Below, in pieces: positions 18,442-26,840 of a stretch of DNA of 59,864 nt. A program made the position numbers and the translations under genes. Origin of the DNA: Lachnospiraceae bacterium (GTDB taxonomy: Bacteria > Bacillota > Clostridia > Lachnospirales > Lachnospiraceae). The DNA lies in assembly GCA_024695225.1 (NCBI GenBank), contig JAILIO010000139.1, positions 1-59,864 on the forward strand. The letters run 5' to 3'. How positions within the stretch are numbered: position 1 is the stretch's first letter; each line of letters starts with the position of its first letter. The notes beneath the pieces are model-generated. The model ran no database searches and had not been told where the DNA came from. It saw nothing but the letters and a program-made list of their open reading frames with translations.

Positions 18442-18510
18442 AAAGACAGAAAAATAAAGACAGACATATAAAGACAGAAAAATAAAGACAGACAAATAAA
18501 GACAGAAAAA
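18442..18510. repeat. 28-bp A-rich tandem repeat, about 2.5 copies (intergenic)
   Basis: 'aaagacagaaaaataaagacagacatat' at 18442-18469, a copy with one mismatch at 18470-18497, and a partial copy at 18498-18510. Confidence 0.85.
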
Positions 18511-18533
18511 GTCCCCGGATCTCTCCGGGGACT
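18510..18533 (-). terminator. Intrinsic terminator of the minus-strand SGNH-like gene (also faces the plus-strand operon)
   Basis: Stem AGTCCCCGGA / TCCGGGGACT with a 4-nt loop. On the minus strand it is followed by TTTTTCTGTCTTTATTT. It lies 16 nt after the stop at 18549. Confidence 0.65.
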
Positions 18534-18548
18534 CTGTATATCTCAGGA

Positions 18549-20054
18549 TCACTCCGCTGCGTCGTAGTAGGTCAGGGCGTACACAAATCTGCTGGCCAGC
18601 TTTTCCACACCTTTATCCGTGAGATGGAACTCCTTATCCAGGTAATCCGGATAATTGCTTCCGTTTATGGAACCGTAATAATTGTCCACCACGGTTATGG
18701 ACAGGTCTGCGGCCGTCTGTATCTCCTTCATGATGTAGAGCGGCATCTTCTCGATATTGTTGCTGGTGGTGTCCGGGTCGTACACATTTCCCTCCACATC
18801 CACTCCGGGTGAATAGTAGGGAGTCATGAGGATGATCCTGATCCAGGGATAGTTCTGCTGGATCTTCTTCACGCTGTAAATAAGGGCGGAGTTCACGGAG
18901 TCCTTGTCCCCGTTTGATATGAGCTGTCTGCCGTAGAAGTAATCATTTGCATCGTAGAATATGCAGAGCACATCCACGCTGTTCATGTCGGTGGCTTCAA
19001 GAGCATTCAGGTTTTCCAGGGAGGTGGTGGAATCGCCGTGGTTTTCCGTGAGATCTGCCTCCTGTATGGCGAAATCGCCGCTCACAAGGGAGTCTGCAAG
19101 ATTTGGCAGGGCGGCGGCATCATCTGCGTAGGACGAAGCGTCATAGCTGTCATTTATGCAGGCAAGGGTTGAGAAACTGATGGGGGCGTTCACGGCCTCC
19201 GCTTCCTTCCCTTTGGACTTGAGTGTGGAGACTGTAATGTCGGCTATGCGGTTTCCCTCTCCCCCTGCCATAAGGGGGGTATTTCCCAGAAACATTATGG
19301 TGGTCTTTCCGTCATCCTCATGCCCTGCCAGGAGTTTTTCGTCCAGGGGCAGGATGGAATCCAAAGCTTCATAATCGTACTGGGATGTATCCTCGTTTGG
19401 ATCGAAGATGATCTTCACGCCGCGGTTCCAGGACCATAAACGGATAACGCAGAACAGCGCCACCGCAAGTATGGCGATCAAAAGTATGAGATTCAGGTTT
19501 AAACGATAGCGTTTTTTCTTGGGCTTTACATCGTCCTCATCGTCGAAGGTCTGTCCTTCGTCCAGATCCAGGACTTCGTCGTCTATATCAGACGGAGAGG
19601 TGTCCCGGTCATCCCCTGAGAGATCTGAGCCTGCACCTGCAGTGTCATCCTCATCCGAAAAAATGTCATCGTCATCCATATCCTCGAGATCGGAGTCGAT
19701 GTCATTCACGTCTTCAATATCGGAGTTCGCTTCATCCGTATTTTTAAGATCGGGATCGGAGATATCAATGTCTTTGTGATCGGGATCCGTGTCCGCAGCA
19801 TCCGTGTCTTTGACGCCGGGATCCGTGTCCGTATCTTTATCCGGAAGGTCTTTGGCGGCTTCAGAGTTATCTTTCCCTGCGTCTGGCATACCTGATACGT
19901 CTGCAGCATCCTCCGCTTCCGGAGAAACAGCCTCTTCAGGAGATGCGGCTGTTTCTTCAGCGGTGAGCTTCTTGTTTTCAGGTTTATTGTTCACAGGTTT
20001 CCCGGAATTTGACTGGTTTTTCCTGTTGTTTCTGTTTTTCTTTTTGCGTGTCAT
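18549..20054 (-). CDS. Single-pass (type II) membrane protein: about 185-aa basic-then-acidic N-terminal tail, TM helix, C-terminal SGNH-like domain with variant catalytic block
   Basis: Starts 'MTRKKKNRNNRKNQ', then a D/E/T-rich tail ('DTDTDPGVKDTDAADTDPDHKDIDISDPD...DMDDDDIFSDEDD'). TM helix 'LILLIAILAVALFCVIRLW'. SGNH-like blocks 'IMFLGNTPL' (I, Asp to Asn and Ser to Thr), 'FYDANDYF' (III) and 'DKEFHLTDKG' (V-like). Confidence 0.65.
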   Translation of the reverse strand: MTRKKKNRNNRKNQSNSGKPVNNKPENKKLTAEETAASPEEAVSPEAEDAADVSGMPDAGKDNSEAAKDLPDKDTDTDPGVKDTDAADTDPDHKDIDISDPDLKNTDEANSDIEDVNDIDSDLEDMDDDDIFSDEDDTAGAGSDLSGDDRDTSPSDIDDEVLDLDEGQTFDDEDDVKPKKKRYRLNLNLILLIAILAVALFCVIRLWSWNRGVKIIFDPNEDTSQYDYEALDSILPLDEKLLAGHEDDGKTTIMFLGNTPLMAGGEGNRIADITVSTLKSKGKEAEAVNAPISFSTLACINDSYDASSYADDAAALPNLADSLVSGDFAIQEADLTENHGDSTTSLENLNALEATDMNSVDVLCIFYDANDYFYGRQLISNGDKDSVNSALIYSVKKIQQNYPWIRIILMTPYYSPGVDVEGNVYDPDTTSNNIEKMPLYIMKEIQTAADLSITVVDNYYGSINGSNYPDYLDKEFHLTDKGVEKLASRFVYALTYYDAAE

Positions 20055-20111
20055 CGCTGACCCCTCTCTGATGTGATATGTGGTTTACATTTTACAATAA
20101 TTCACAAAGGC

Positions 20112-20140
20112 TTGCAACATTCAAAAACAGGTGCTATAAT
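20112..20140 (+). promoter_or_regulatory. Putative strong sigma-A promoter (extended -10) for the GH25 gene
   Basis: TTGCAA (20112-20117), 17-nt spacer, TGcTATAAT (20132-20140). It lies 75 nt upstream of the ATG at 20215, which is preceded by AAAGGAG. Confidence 0.55.
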
Positions 20141-20214
20141 TCAAAATCGTTTACATAACTCTACGATAGGGCGAAAATGTCGAAAGCCCTTGACGACTCG
20201 TTAAAGGAGCCCGA

Positions 20215-22857
20215 ATGAGTTTTTGGAAAAAAGATGACATAAAGAGGTCGGGAAGGGAACGGAACCGGAAGAGATCCGACGGTGGCCGTGTATTTCATGA
20301 CTTTCCATATGAGGGATCAGGCACGGACAGGGTTGATGACCGCGACTCTTACGAAGACGCCGACTTTTATGACGACTACGAGGACGAAGCCCGCAGGTCG
20401 GACAGAGTATCTGCAGAAGAGTACGAGGACGAAGCCCGCGAAGCGGATACAGTCTCTGCGGATGAGTACGAGGACGAGGTTCGTGAAACGGACATAATTT
20501 CCGAAGAAGAGTATGAAGACGAGGTCCGTGAAGCGAATGCAGTCTCTGCAGACGAATATGAAGATGAAGTCCGCGAATCGGATATAACTTTCGAAGATGA
20601 GTATGAATACGAAGCCCGCGAAGCGGATGCAGCCTCTGCATATGAGTACGAGGACGACGTGCCCGCAATGGATACAGTCCGGGCGGAGACTCATAAAGAG
20701 AGTGGACGGATGGCAGCCCCCTCCCCTGCAGATGAATACGAAAATGACCGCATCGAAGCTGATGCGGATCTCGCTGACGGTTTTGAGGACGACTGGTATG
20801 AAGACGATGAACAATGGGAGGATGACGCTGACTGGGCTGATGAGGACGATTGGGAGTCGGAAGACGATCCCTATGTGAAGTCCGAGACAGAACTGGCATC
20901 TGAGGATGATGCCCACAGAGAATCTTCCGAGCCTCAATCCGGATGGTATGAAGAGGAATACGGGGAGGAACCCTACGATGACATGGGAGATTATCCGGAA
21001 GATGAGGAAGATTATGACAGGGGAGGCAGGAGAGGACGTTCCCGTGGAAACAGGATACCTGTCCCTGCGTTTCTGGACTCAGTCATAAAGGGCAGGAGAT
21101 CTCCTTCAAAGAAACATGTCTATTTCAAACGGGGAATGGGCGGTTCCTTCACAGACGCCCTGGGGGAAAAGGCCGGACAGGTGTGGAACTGGCTCTCGGG
21201 GATGGACCGCATGGATCGCATTGTTGCGCTCACAGGCGTGTTTGTTGCCATTATTTCCCTCGTCACGTGTTCCATGTATGCCCAGGCCCAGAGCGTCAGG
21301 AAGCAGGTGGACAGCTTCTCATCTGTGGGTGACGCCATGGCAGACATAAGCATGATAGGTGAGAGCGGTATCGATGCAGTGGCGGAAGCCGCCAGGGAAA
21401 AGGCGGTGGCGGCGGAGGCAGAAGCTGCAGCCGAAGCAGAATCCGAGGCTCTGGCAGCCGCAGCTGAGTCTGAGGAATCCGGGGAGGTCACAGTCAAACT
21501 GAAGGTGACCACCATCCAGAGCGACCTGAAGATCAAGTTTGTGGACAACGAGAGAGGAAAGCTGATAGAAGGCGTGCCCTTCGGCGCGGAAGCATCTTCT
21601 TCCGCGGAAACCTTAGATCTGAATGATGACGATCAGGACGGTATTATTTACGTGAAGGACGTGAAGAACGGCAAATACACCGTGACTGTGAAGGCGCTCA
21701 CCGGGTCCTATGCCGCCAAGTATCTGCTGCCCACATCCGGGCAGACAGTCAATGTCACAGACACCATAGCCTACAAAAAGGTGGACGTTTCCGACGAGAT
21801 CAAGACAGAGGCCCAGGTCAATGCAAAGGCTGAAGATACTGCGAAGAACGACACCGTTGTGGAATCAACCCTGACAGACACTGTAGCCTGGGTGGAGTCC
21901 ACCAAGACAGAGGGCGGAGACCAGGTGACCTACACCCAGACGAACAGCATATCCACCCCTTCATCTTCCGGTGATACGGTGTCTTCAAATTCCGACAGCG
22001 GAGGAAATGCCCTGACCGACACCAACGGCAACAGGCTTTATTACTTCGACGGCAGCAATTATATCGAGGCCACCTGGCAGGATTACTGGAGCGATTCCGG
22101 ACGCGCTTATTACACAAGGAGCGCATCCTATGTCTACACCGGATGGCAGACCATAGGAGGCTATACCTACTACTTCACCGCTGACCACAATTTCGTCACC
22201 GGAGAACAGGTCATACAGGGAGCCAAGTACAACTTCGATTCCCTGGGCCATCTCCAGGCCAGCAGCGGCCAGCTGGGTATCGATGTCTCCAAGTGGAACG
22301 GAGCCATCGACTGGAATCAGGTGAAGAATTCAGGCGTATCCTTCGCCATCATCAGATGCGGATACAGAGGTTCTTCCACCGGAGCATTGATCGAGGATCC
22401 TACTTTCAGGACCAATATATCAGGAGCGAAGGCTGCAGGTATCTCGGTAGGTATCTACTTCTTCACCCAGGCCATCAATGAGGCCGAGGCGGTCGAGGAA
22501 GCGTCCATGGCGGTGACCCTTGCATCGGGCTACGGACTGAACCTGCCTATCTACATGGATGTGGAATCCAGCGGCGGAAGGGGAGATCTTCTCACAACTT
22601 CAGCCAGAACAGCAGTCTGCAGCGCATTCCTGAGGACAGTGCAGGCTTCCGGATATTCGGGAGGGATCTATGGAAATAAGACCTGGCTCACTTCAAAGAT
22701 AGGCACGGGATCCCTTGCGTCCTACAGCATCTGGCTCGCCCAGTACGCTGCTGTGCCCACATATACCGCTACACGTTATGACCTGTGGCAGTATACTTCG
22801 AAGGGAAGGGTGTCAGGTATCTCCGGAAATGTTGACATGAACATAAGATACCGCTGA
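20215..22857 (+). CDS. Single-pass membrane GH25 muramidase: about 335-aa acidic repeat tail, TM helix, Ala-rich linker, Ig-like region, cell-wall-binding repeats, GH25 lysozyme domain
   Basis: GH25 signatures: 'LGIDVSKWNGAIDWNQVKNSGVSFAIIRCGY', 'VGIYFF', 'IYMDVE', 'WLAQY' and 'DLWQYTSKGRVSGISGNVDMN'. CW_binding_1-type repeat: 'YVYTGWQTIGGYTYYFTADHNFVTGEQVIQGAKYNFDSLGHL'. TM helix 'IVALTGVFVAIISLVTCSMYA'. Six 15-aa acidic repeats in the N-terminal tail. Confidence 0.85.
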   Translation: MSFWKKDDIKRSGRERNRKRSDGGRVFHDFPYEGSGTDRVDDRDSYEDADFYDDYEDEARRSDRVSAEEYEDEAREADTVSADEYEDEVRETDIISEEEYEDEVREANAVSADEYEDEVRESDITFEDEYEYEAREADAASAYEYEDDVPAMDTVRAETHKESGRMAAPSPADEYENDRIEADADLADGFEDDWYEDDEQWEDDADWADEDDWESEDDPYVKSETELASEDDAHRESSEPQSGWYEEEYGEEPYDDMGDYPEDEEDYDRGGRRGRSRGNRIPVPAFLDSVIKGRRSPSKKHVYFKRGMGGSFTDALGEKAGQVWNWLSGMDRMDRIVALTGVFVAIISLVTCSMYAQAQSVRKQVDSFSSVGDAMADISMIGESGIDAVAEAAREKAVAAEAEAAAEAESEALAAAAESEESGEVTVKLKVTTIQSDLKIKFVDNERGKLIEGVPFGAEASSSAETLDLNDDDQDGIIYVKDVKNGKYTVTVKALTGSYAAKYLLPTSGQTVNVTDTIAYKKVDVSDEIKTEAQVNAKAEDTAKNDTVVESTLTDTVAWVESTKTEGGDQVTYTQTNSISTPSSSGDTVSSNSDSGGNALTDTNGNRLYYFDGSNYIEATWQDYWSDSGRAYYTRSASYVYTGWQTIGGYTYYFTADHNFVTGEQVIQGAKYNFDSLGHLQASSGQLGIDVSKWNGAIDWNQVKNSGVSFAIIRCGYRGSSTGALIEDPTFRTNISGAKAAGISVGIYFFTQAINEAEAVEEASMAVTLASGYGLNLPIYMDVESSGGRGDLLTTSARTAVCSAFLRTVQASGYSGGIYGNKTWLTSKIGTGSLASYSIWLAQYAAVPTYTATRYDLWQYTSKGRVSGISGNVDMNIRYR
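20386..20655 (+). repeat. In-frame 45-bp tandem repeat x6 encoding 'E(A/V)RE.D..S..EYED'
   Basis: Six consecutive 45-nt units read directly from the sequence: EARRSDRVSAEEYED / EAREADTVSADEYED / EVRETDIISEEEYED / EVREANAVSADEYED / EVRESDITFEDEYEY / EAREADAASAYEYED. Confidence 0.9.
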
Positions 22858-22858
22858 T

Positions 22859-24586
22859 ATGGAAGGAATGAACGGAAAAATCAGAAAGGGGGCAGGGGGC
22901 TTACTCACTGCCCCCTTTCTCGCATTTATGTCCTGCTTTACGGCAGGGATCATGACTCATTTATATGCCCTCACCAACAAGATCCCCAACTGGGACGATG
23001 TGACGGATGTCAACTGGTACGGGATGGGCGAGGAACTGGGAAGATGGCTGATCCCCCATGTGTGGAGGATGTCCACCTCCTACAGCGCCCCTGCTGTCCA
23101 CGGACTCCAGGCCATCGCCCTTATAGCTGCAGCAGTTGCGGTGTGCGTCTCCGCCCTCAGGATCAGCGACAGGACCTCTGCGATCCTCACAGGGATAAGC
23201 TTTGCCGTATTTCCGGCCCTTGTAAGCGGGATGACATATATGTTCACAGTTCATGTCTACGCCCTGGCCATACTCATGTCAGTGTCTGCCGCATGGATCA
23301 CCATGCGCTGCAGAAAGACGGGGTGGATCCTTGGGATCGCACTGATATTTCTCTCCCTCTCCATTTACCAGGCTTTCTATGTGTTTGCCTCCGGGATCTT
23401 TGTTATATCCCTGGCGGGGGATCTGATGGAAGGCGAGAGGGCAAAAGATGTTGTAAAGAAGGGCGTGAGATACCTTGTGGTACTTCTGCTCTCCATGGCC
23501 TTTTACCTCGCCTTCATAAAACTTGCAGGCTTCAGTCTCATTTCCTACAGAGGGGCTGACAGCATGGGGCAGATATCCCTGTCCTCGATCCCAATGGTGA
23601 TCGCCAGGTCTTATCACAGATTTCTCCAGTATTTTGTGACCTCCCCGGATTCCTACATAGGTCCCTGGACACTTGCCTTTATGCAGGTGATGACAGTGAC
23701 CGCATTCGGCATTCCTGTTTTCTTTTTCTTTGCGGACAGGAAGAGAAGGGATGGCAGAGGAGTGCCGGAGACTGTCCTGTTTCTGTTCTGCCTTTTCCTT
23801 GTGCCCCTGGCGGTTGGAGGCGTATATATAATGGCCCCCGGGGTGTCCAAGGCCTCCACCATAATGATCTATCCCTACGTGCTTATTTTCTCCCTGCCCG
23901 GGGCAGTGCTCAGGGACAGGATGCTGAATGTGCCGGAGCTCCTGAAGACTCTGAAGCCGGGACCTGTGGAGATCCTGAAGCACAAGTCTCCGGAGAATAC
24001 AGTGGTAATAAGGGCGTCAAAGCCCGGAAGCACCACTCCCGACACTGAAATTGAGATCACTCATTTCCCCAAAACCCTCTTTTACAGATGGAGAGGTTCC
24101 TCTGTGAAAAACAGGATACTGGTCACCATGTGCTGCCTTTTCACAGCCTCGGTGATCCTCTGCTCCTATCAGTACTCGGTGGTTGCGGGAAGCGCTTATT
24201 TCCGCTCATCCATAGCCATGGAGAGACTGCAGGGCCTCTACAACAGGATAATGGTGAGGCTGGAAGCCCAGGACGGCTTTCAGTACGGGGACAAGATCCT
24301 GATCTGCGGGGACTGGTGGCCGGAAAAGAATATACTTTCCTCCTATGAGCTGGATATGGACAGGTTCACCGACCTGGACGGGGTGACTGCGGAGCACGGC
24401 CTGTATACCTCAGGCGTCAGGAGGCAGTTTATCAGGACCTATCTGGGGATCGATTACGATCTGGTGATGGATGAGGAAGGGCTTGCCATCGAGGCCACCC
24501 GGGAGTACAAGGACATGGGAGTGTGGCCTGACAGCACCTGCGTGAAGAAGATAAATGATATCTGGATCGTGAAGATGCACGACTGA
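22859..24586 (+). CDS. Polytopic membrane protein, tentatively GtrII-type (PF14264-like) membrane glucosyltransferase
   Basis: Starts 1 nt after the GH25 stop. About 11 TM helices plus a roughly 170-aa C-terminal soluble domain. The first loop 'HLYALTNKIPNWDDVTDVNWYGMGEELGRWLIP' resembles my recollection of the 'hDD....GRW' loop of GtrII-like proteins. Confidence 0.5.
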   Translation: MEGMNGKIRKGAGGLLTAPFLAFMSCFTAGIMTHLYALTNKIPNWDDVTDVNWYGMGEELGRWLIPHVWRMSTSYSAPAVHGLQAIALIAAAVAVCVSALRISDRTSAILTGISFAVFPALVSGMTYMFTVHVYALAILMSVSAAWITMRCRKTGWILGIALIFLSLSIYQAFYVFASGIFVISLAGDLMEGERAKDVVKKGVRYLVVLLLSMAFYLAFIKLAGFSLISYRGADSMGQISLSSIPMVIARSYHRFLQYFVTSPDSYIGPWTLAFMQVMTVTAFGIPVFFFFADRKRRDGRGVPETVLFLFCLFLVPLAVGGVYIMAPGVSKASTIMIYPYVLIFSLPGAVLRDRMLNVPELLKTLKPGPVEILKHKSPENTVVIRASKPGSTTPDTEIEITHFPKTLFYRWRGSSVKNRILVTMCCLFTASVILCSYQYSVVAGSAYFRSSIAMERLQGLYNRIMVRLEAQDGFQYGDKILICGDWWPEKNILSSYELDMDRFTDLDGVTAEHGLYTSGVRRQFIRTYLGIDYDLVMDEEGLAIEATREYKDMGVWPDSTCVKKINDIWIVKMHD

Positions 24587-24607
24587 AGGAGTGGGCTTTG
24601 CAAACCC

Positions 24608-24815
24608 CGGATCCTGACAGAGGCGACAGGGAAGCAATGTGACCCTGAAGGGTGCGGTGGGAAAGACAGACTATCCTGACAGGTGCAACAGAAGATCCGG
24701 ATCCTGAGGGGTACGACAGGGATGACATATGCACCGTGCCGGAATGACAGGAAACCGGGTATAAGGACTTATGTTGGCGGGAGGTATGGCACAGCGACCC
24801 GGAATTGACGGAAAC
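24608..24815. repeat. Degenerate direct repeats in the 278-bp leader upstream of rfbA
   Basis: 'cggatcctgacagaggcgacaggga' (24608), 'atcctgacaggtgcaacagaa' (24673) and 'cggatcctgaggggtacgacaggga' (24698). In addition, 'ccggaatgacaggaaac' (24739) and 'ccggaattgacggaaac' (24799). Confidence 0.45.
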
Positions 24816-24834
24816 ACATTACAGGTTGTATGAT
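24805..24834 (+). promoter_or_regulatory. Putative sigma-A promoter for rfbA and downstream genes
   Basis: TTGACG (24805-24810), 18-nt spacer, TATGAT (24829-24834). It lies 31 nt upstream of the ATG at 24865 and AAAGGAGG lies between them. Confidence 0.35.
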
Positions 24835-24864
24835 TAAATATCGGACTGAAAGGAGGCTCGGTAA

Positions 24865-25737
24865 ATGAAAGGAATAATACTTGCAGGAGGTTCAGGCACC
24901 AGGCTGTACCCTCTTACAAGGGCTGTATCCAAGCAGATCATGCCCGTTTACGACAAGCCGATGATCTATTATCCCCTTTCCACCCTGATGCTTGCAGGGA
25001 TAAGGGAGATACTGATAATATCAACGCCCCGGGACATAACCGTGTTTGAGGACCTCTTCGGCACAGGTGAAGAACTGGGACTTTCCATTTCTTATGCAGT
25101 GCAGACTGAGCCCAGAGGACTTGCGGATGCTTTCCTCGTTGGGAAGTCTTTCATCGGACAGGACTCTGTGGCGCTGGTTCTTGGGGACAATATCTTTTAC
25201 GGACAGAGCTTTTCCAAGGTCCTCAGAAGGGCTGCCGCCAGGGAAAAGGGAGCCACCATTTTCGGCTATTACGTGAAGGATCCCAAAGAGTACGGAGTGG
25301 TTGAATTCGATGAAGAGGGGCGGGTGCTCTCACTGGAGGAGAAACCTGAGAAACCCAAGAGCAATTACGCCGTGCCGGGTCTTTATTTCTATGACAATGA
25401 TGTGGTGTCGATAGCCGAGAATATAAAACCCTCAGCCAGGGGAGAACTGGAGATCACATCCGTGAACAATGAATACCTGAGGAGGGGAGACCTGCTGGTG
25501 GAACCCCTGGGCAGAGGCTTTGCATGGCTGGATACGGGAAGCCACGACAGTCTTCTGGACGCTGCGGATTTCGTGGCCGCCTTTGAAAAGAGACAGGGGC
25601 TTTATATATCCTGCATCGAAGAGATTGCCTACAAGATGGGCTACATCGACAAGGAACAGCTTTTGAAACTGGCAGAGCCTCTTATGAAGACCAATTACGG
25701 TCAGTATCTGAAGGGCATCGCCGAAGGCACCCTTTGA
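24865..25737 (+). CDS. rfbA: Glucose-1-phosphate thymidylyltransferase
   Basis: '[24 protein letters not shown]', 'LGDNIFYG' and 'GLYFYD', 290 aa. This is the canonical RmlA signature. Confidence 0.95.
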   Translation: MKGIILAGGSGTRLYPLTRAVSKQIMPVYDKPMIYYPLSTLMLAGIREILIISTPRDITVFEDLFGTGEELGLSISYAVQTEPRGLADAFLVGKSFIGQDSVALVLGDNIFYGQSFSKVLRRAAAREKGATIFGYYVKDPKEYGVVEFDEEGRVLSLEEKPEKPKSNYAVPGLYFYDNDVVSIAENIKPSARGELEITSVNNEYLRRGDLLVEPLGRGFAWLDTGSHDSLLDAADFVAAFEKRQGLYISCIEEIAYKMGYIDKEQLLKLAEPLMKTNYGQYLKGIAEGTL

Positions 25738-25752
25738 TGGCGTGGAAAAGAA

Positions 25753-26298
25753 GTGAGGGATCATTCCACATTTAAAACCGCCATGTTCGGGATATGCGCA
25801 GCCTTCATCGTTCTGGTGATCGCTGTGGTGCTGCTGACAAACATGGACAGCCTTGGATGGGGCAGAGGAAAGCAGCCTTCACAGACCGGAGGGGAATCCC
25901 TGCCGCCGGGGCAGGTGGGATACGACCTGGAAGGCTTTCTTTACGACGAGACTTTTTTTGACGAAGAGACCACCCTTCCCCTGGTGGAAGTGATCTCAGG
26001 AGCCCCTGAGGAGGGCACCGAAGGCTACACCCACGTGATCCCGGACGCTGAAGAGACCGGGGAGTCCGGAGAAAAGGAGTCGGAGACTTCGGAAAGTGAA
26101 ACAGAGGCGAAGGGGAAAATGAATGCCCCGGCGGGAGACGGAAACGGGCCGGATGGGGACAAAACCTCTGACAAGGACAGAGATTCTTCTCGGGAAGAAC
26201 CTCCGGGAGAGCCCGGAGATATGGGTGAAAAGCCGGGTGAACCCCCGGAGGGACCACAAAAATACGGAAAGGAGATGGGGGCAAATGGGAAAGATTGA
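25753..26298 (+). CDS. Small membrane-anchored protein with acidic/Gly-Pro-rich low-complexity tail, unknown function
   Basis: GTG 25753 (or ATG 25783). TM helix 'MFGICAAFIVLVIAVVLLT', then 'EETGESGEKESETSESETEAKG...DKDRDSSREEPPGEPGDMGEKPGEPPEGP'. The 3' end overlaps the rfbC start by 14 nt. Coding status rests on length, position and the TM helix only. Confidence 0.45.
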   Translation: MRDHSTFKTAMFGICAAFIVLVIAVVLLTNMDSLGWGRGKQPSQTGGESLPPGQVGYDLEGFLYDETFFDEETTLPLVEVISGAPEEGTEGYTHVIPDAEETGESGEKESETSESETEAKGKMNAPAGDGNGPDGDKTSDKDRDSSREEPPGEPGDMGEKPGEPPEGPQKYGKEMGANGKD

Positions 26299-26836
26299 AG
26301 TACAGACTTGCGAGATTGAGGGACTTAAGGTGATCACCCCCAGGGTCATATACGACAACAGGGGATATTTCTCTGAGACATACAATCAGCGCGATATGGA
26401 GGAGGCGGGGATCCACATAGACTTCGTCCAGGACAACCAGTCGGCGTCTGTCCGGGGCGTGCTGAGAGGCCTTCATTTCCAGAAGGAGCATCCCCAGGAC
26501 AAGCTGGTGAGGGTCATAAGCGGAGAGGTCTTCGATGTGGCGGTGGATATCAGAAAGGGATCCCCCACCTTTGGCAAGTGGTACGGAGTCAAACTTTCTG
26601 CAGCCAACAAAAAGCAGTTTTTGATCCCCAAGAATTTTGCCCACGGTTTTCTGGTGCTGTCTGATTTTGCCGAGTTTGTCTACAAGTGTTCGGATTTTTA
26701 CCATCCCGGCGATGAAGGGGGCTTTATGTACAATGACCCCGACATAGGGGTGGAGTGGCCTCTCTCAGAGGATATGAAAGTGACTCTTTCTGAGCGGGAT
26801 ACCAAATGGGCGTCCTTTAAGGATACTTTTACCTGA
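26285..26836 (+). CDS. rfbC: dTDP-4-dehydrorhamnose 3,5-epimerase
   Basis: ATG 26285 with GGAGATGGGGG upstream. The listed start at 26123 adds 54 aa of out-of-context sequence overlapping the previous ORF. 'IEGLKVITPRVIYDNRGYFSETYN', 'VLRGLHFQKEHPQDKLVRV', 'VDIRKGSPTFGKW' and 'HGFLVLSD' are canonical RmlC motifs. Confidence 0.93.
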   Translation: MGKIEVQTCEIEGLKVITPRVIYDNRGYFSETYNQRDMEEAGIHIDFVQDNQSASVRGVLRGLHFQKEHPQDKLVRVISGEVFDVAVDIRKGSPTFGKWYGVKLSAANKKQFLIPKNFAHGFLVLSDFAEFVYKCSDFYHPGDEGGFMYNDPDIGVEWPLSEDMKVTLSERDTKWASFKDTFT

Positions 26837-26840
26837 GGTC

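Noticed and set aside
20201-20937. Two long minus-strand ORFs (232 and 206 aa) opposite the 5' part of the GH25 gene
   Set aside because: Both are antisense read-throughs of the GA-rich acidic repeat region, giving R/H/P/L- or F/V/I/R-rich repeats. The plus-strand frame continues into unmistakable GH25 and wall-binding domains.
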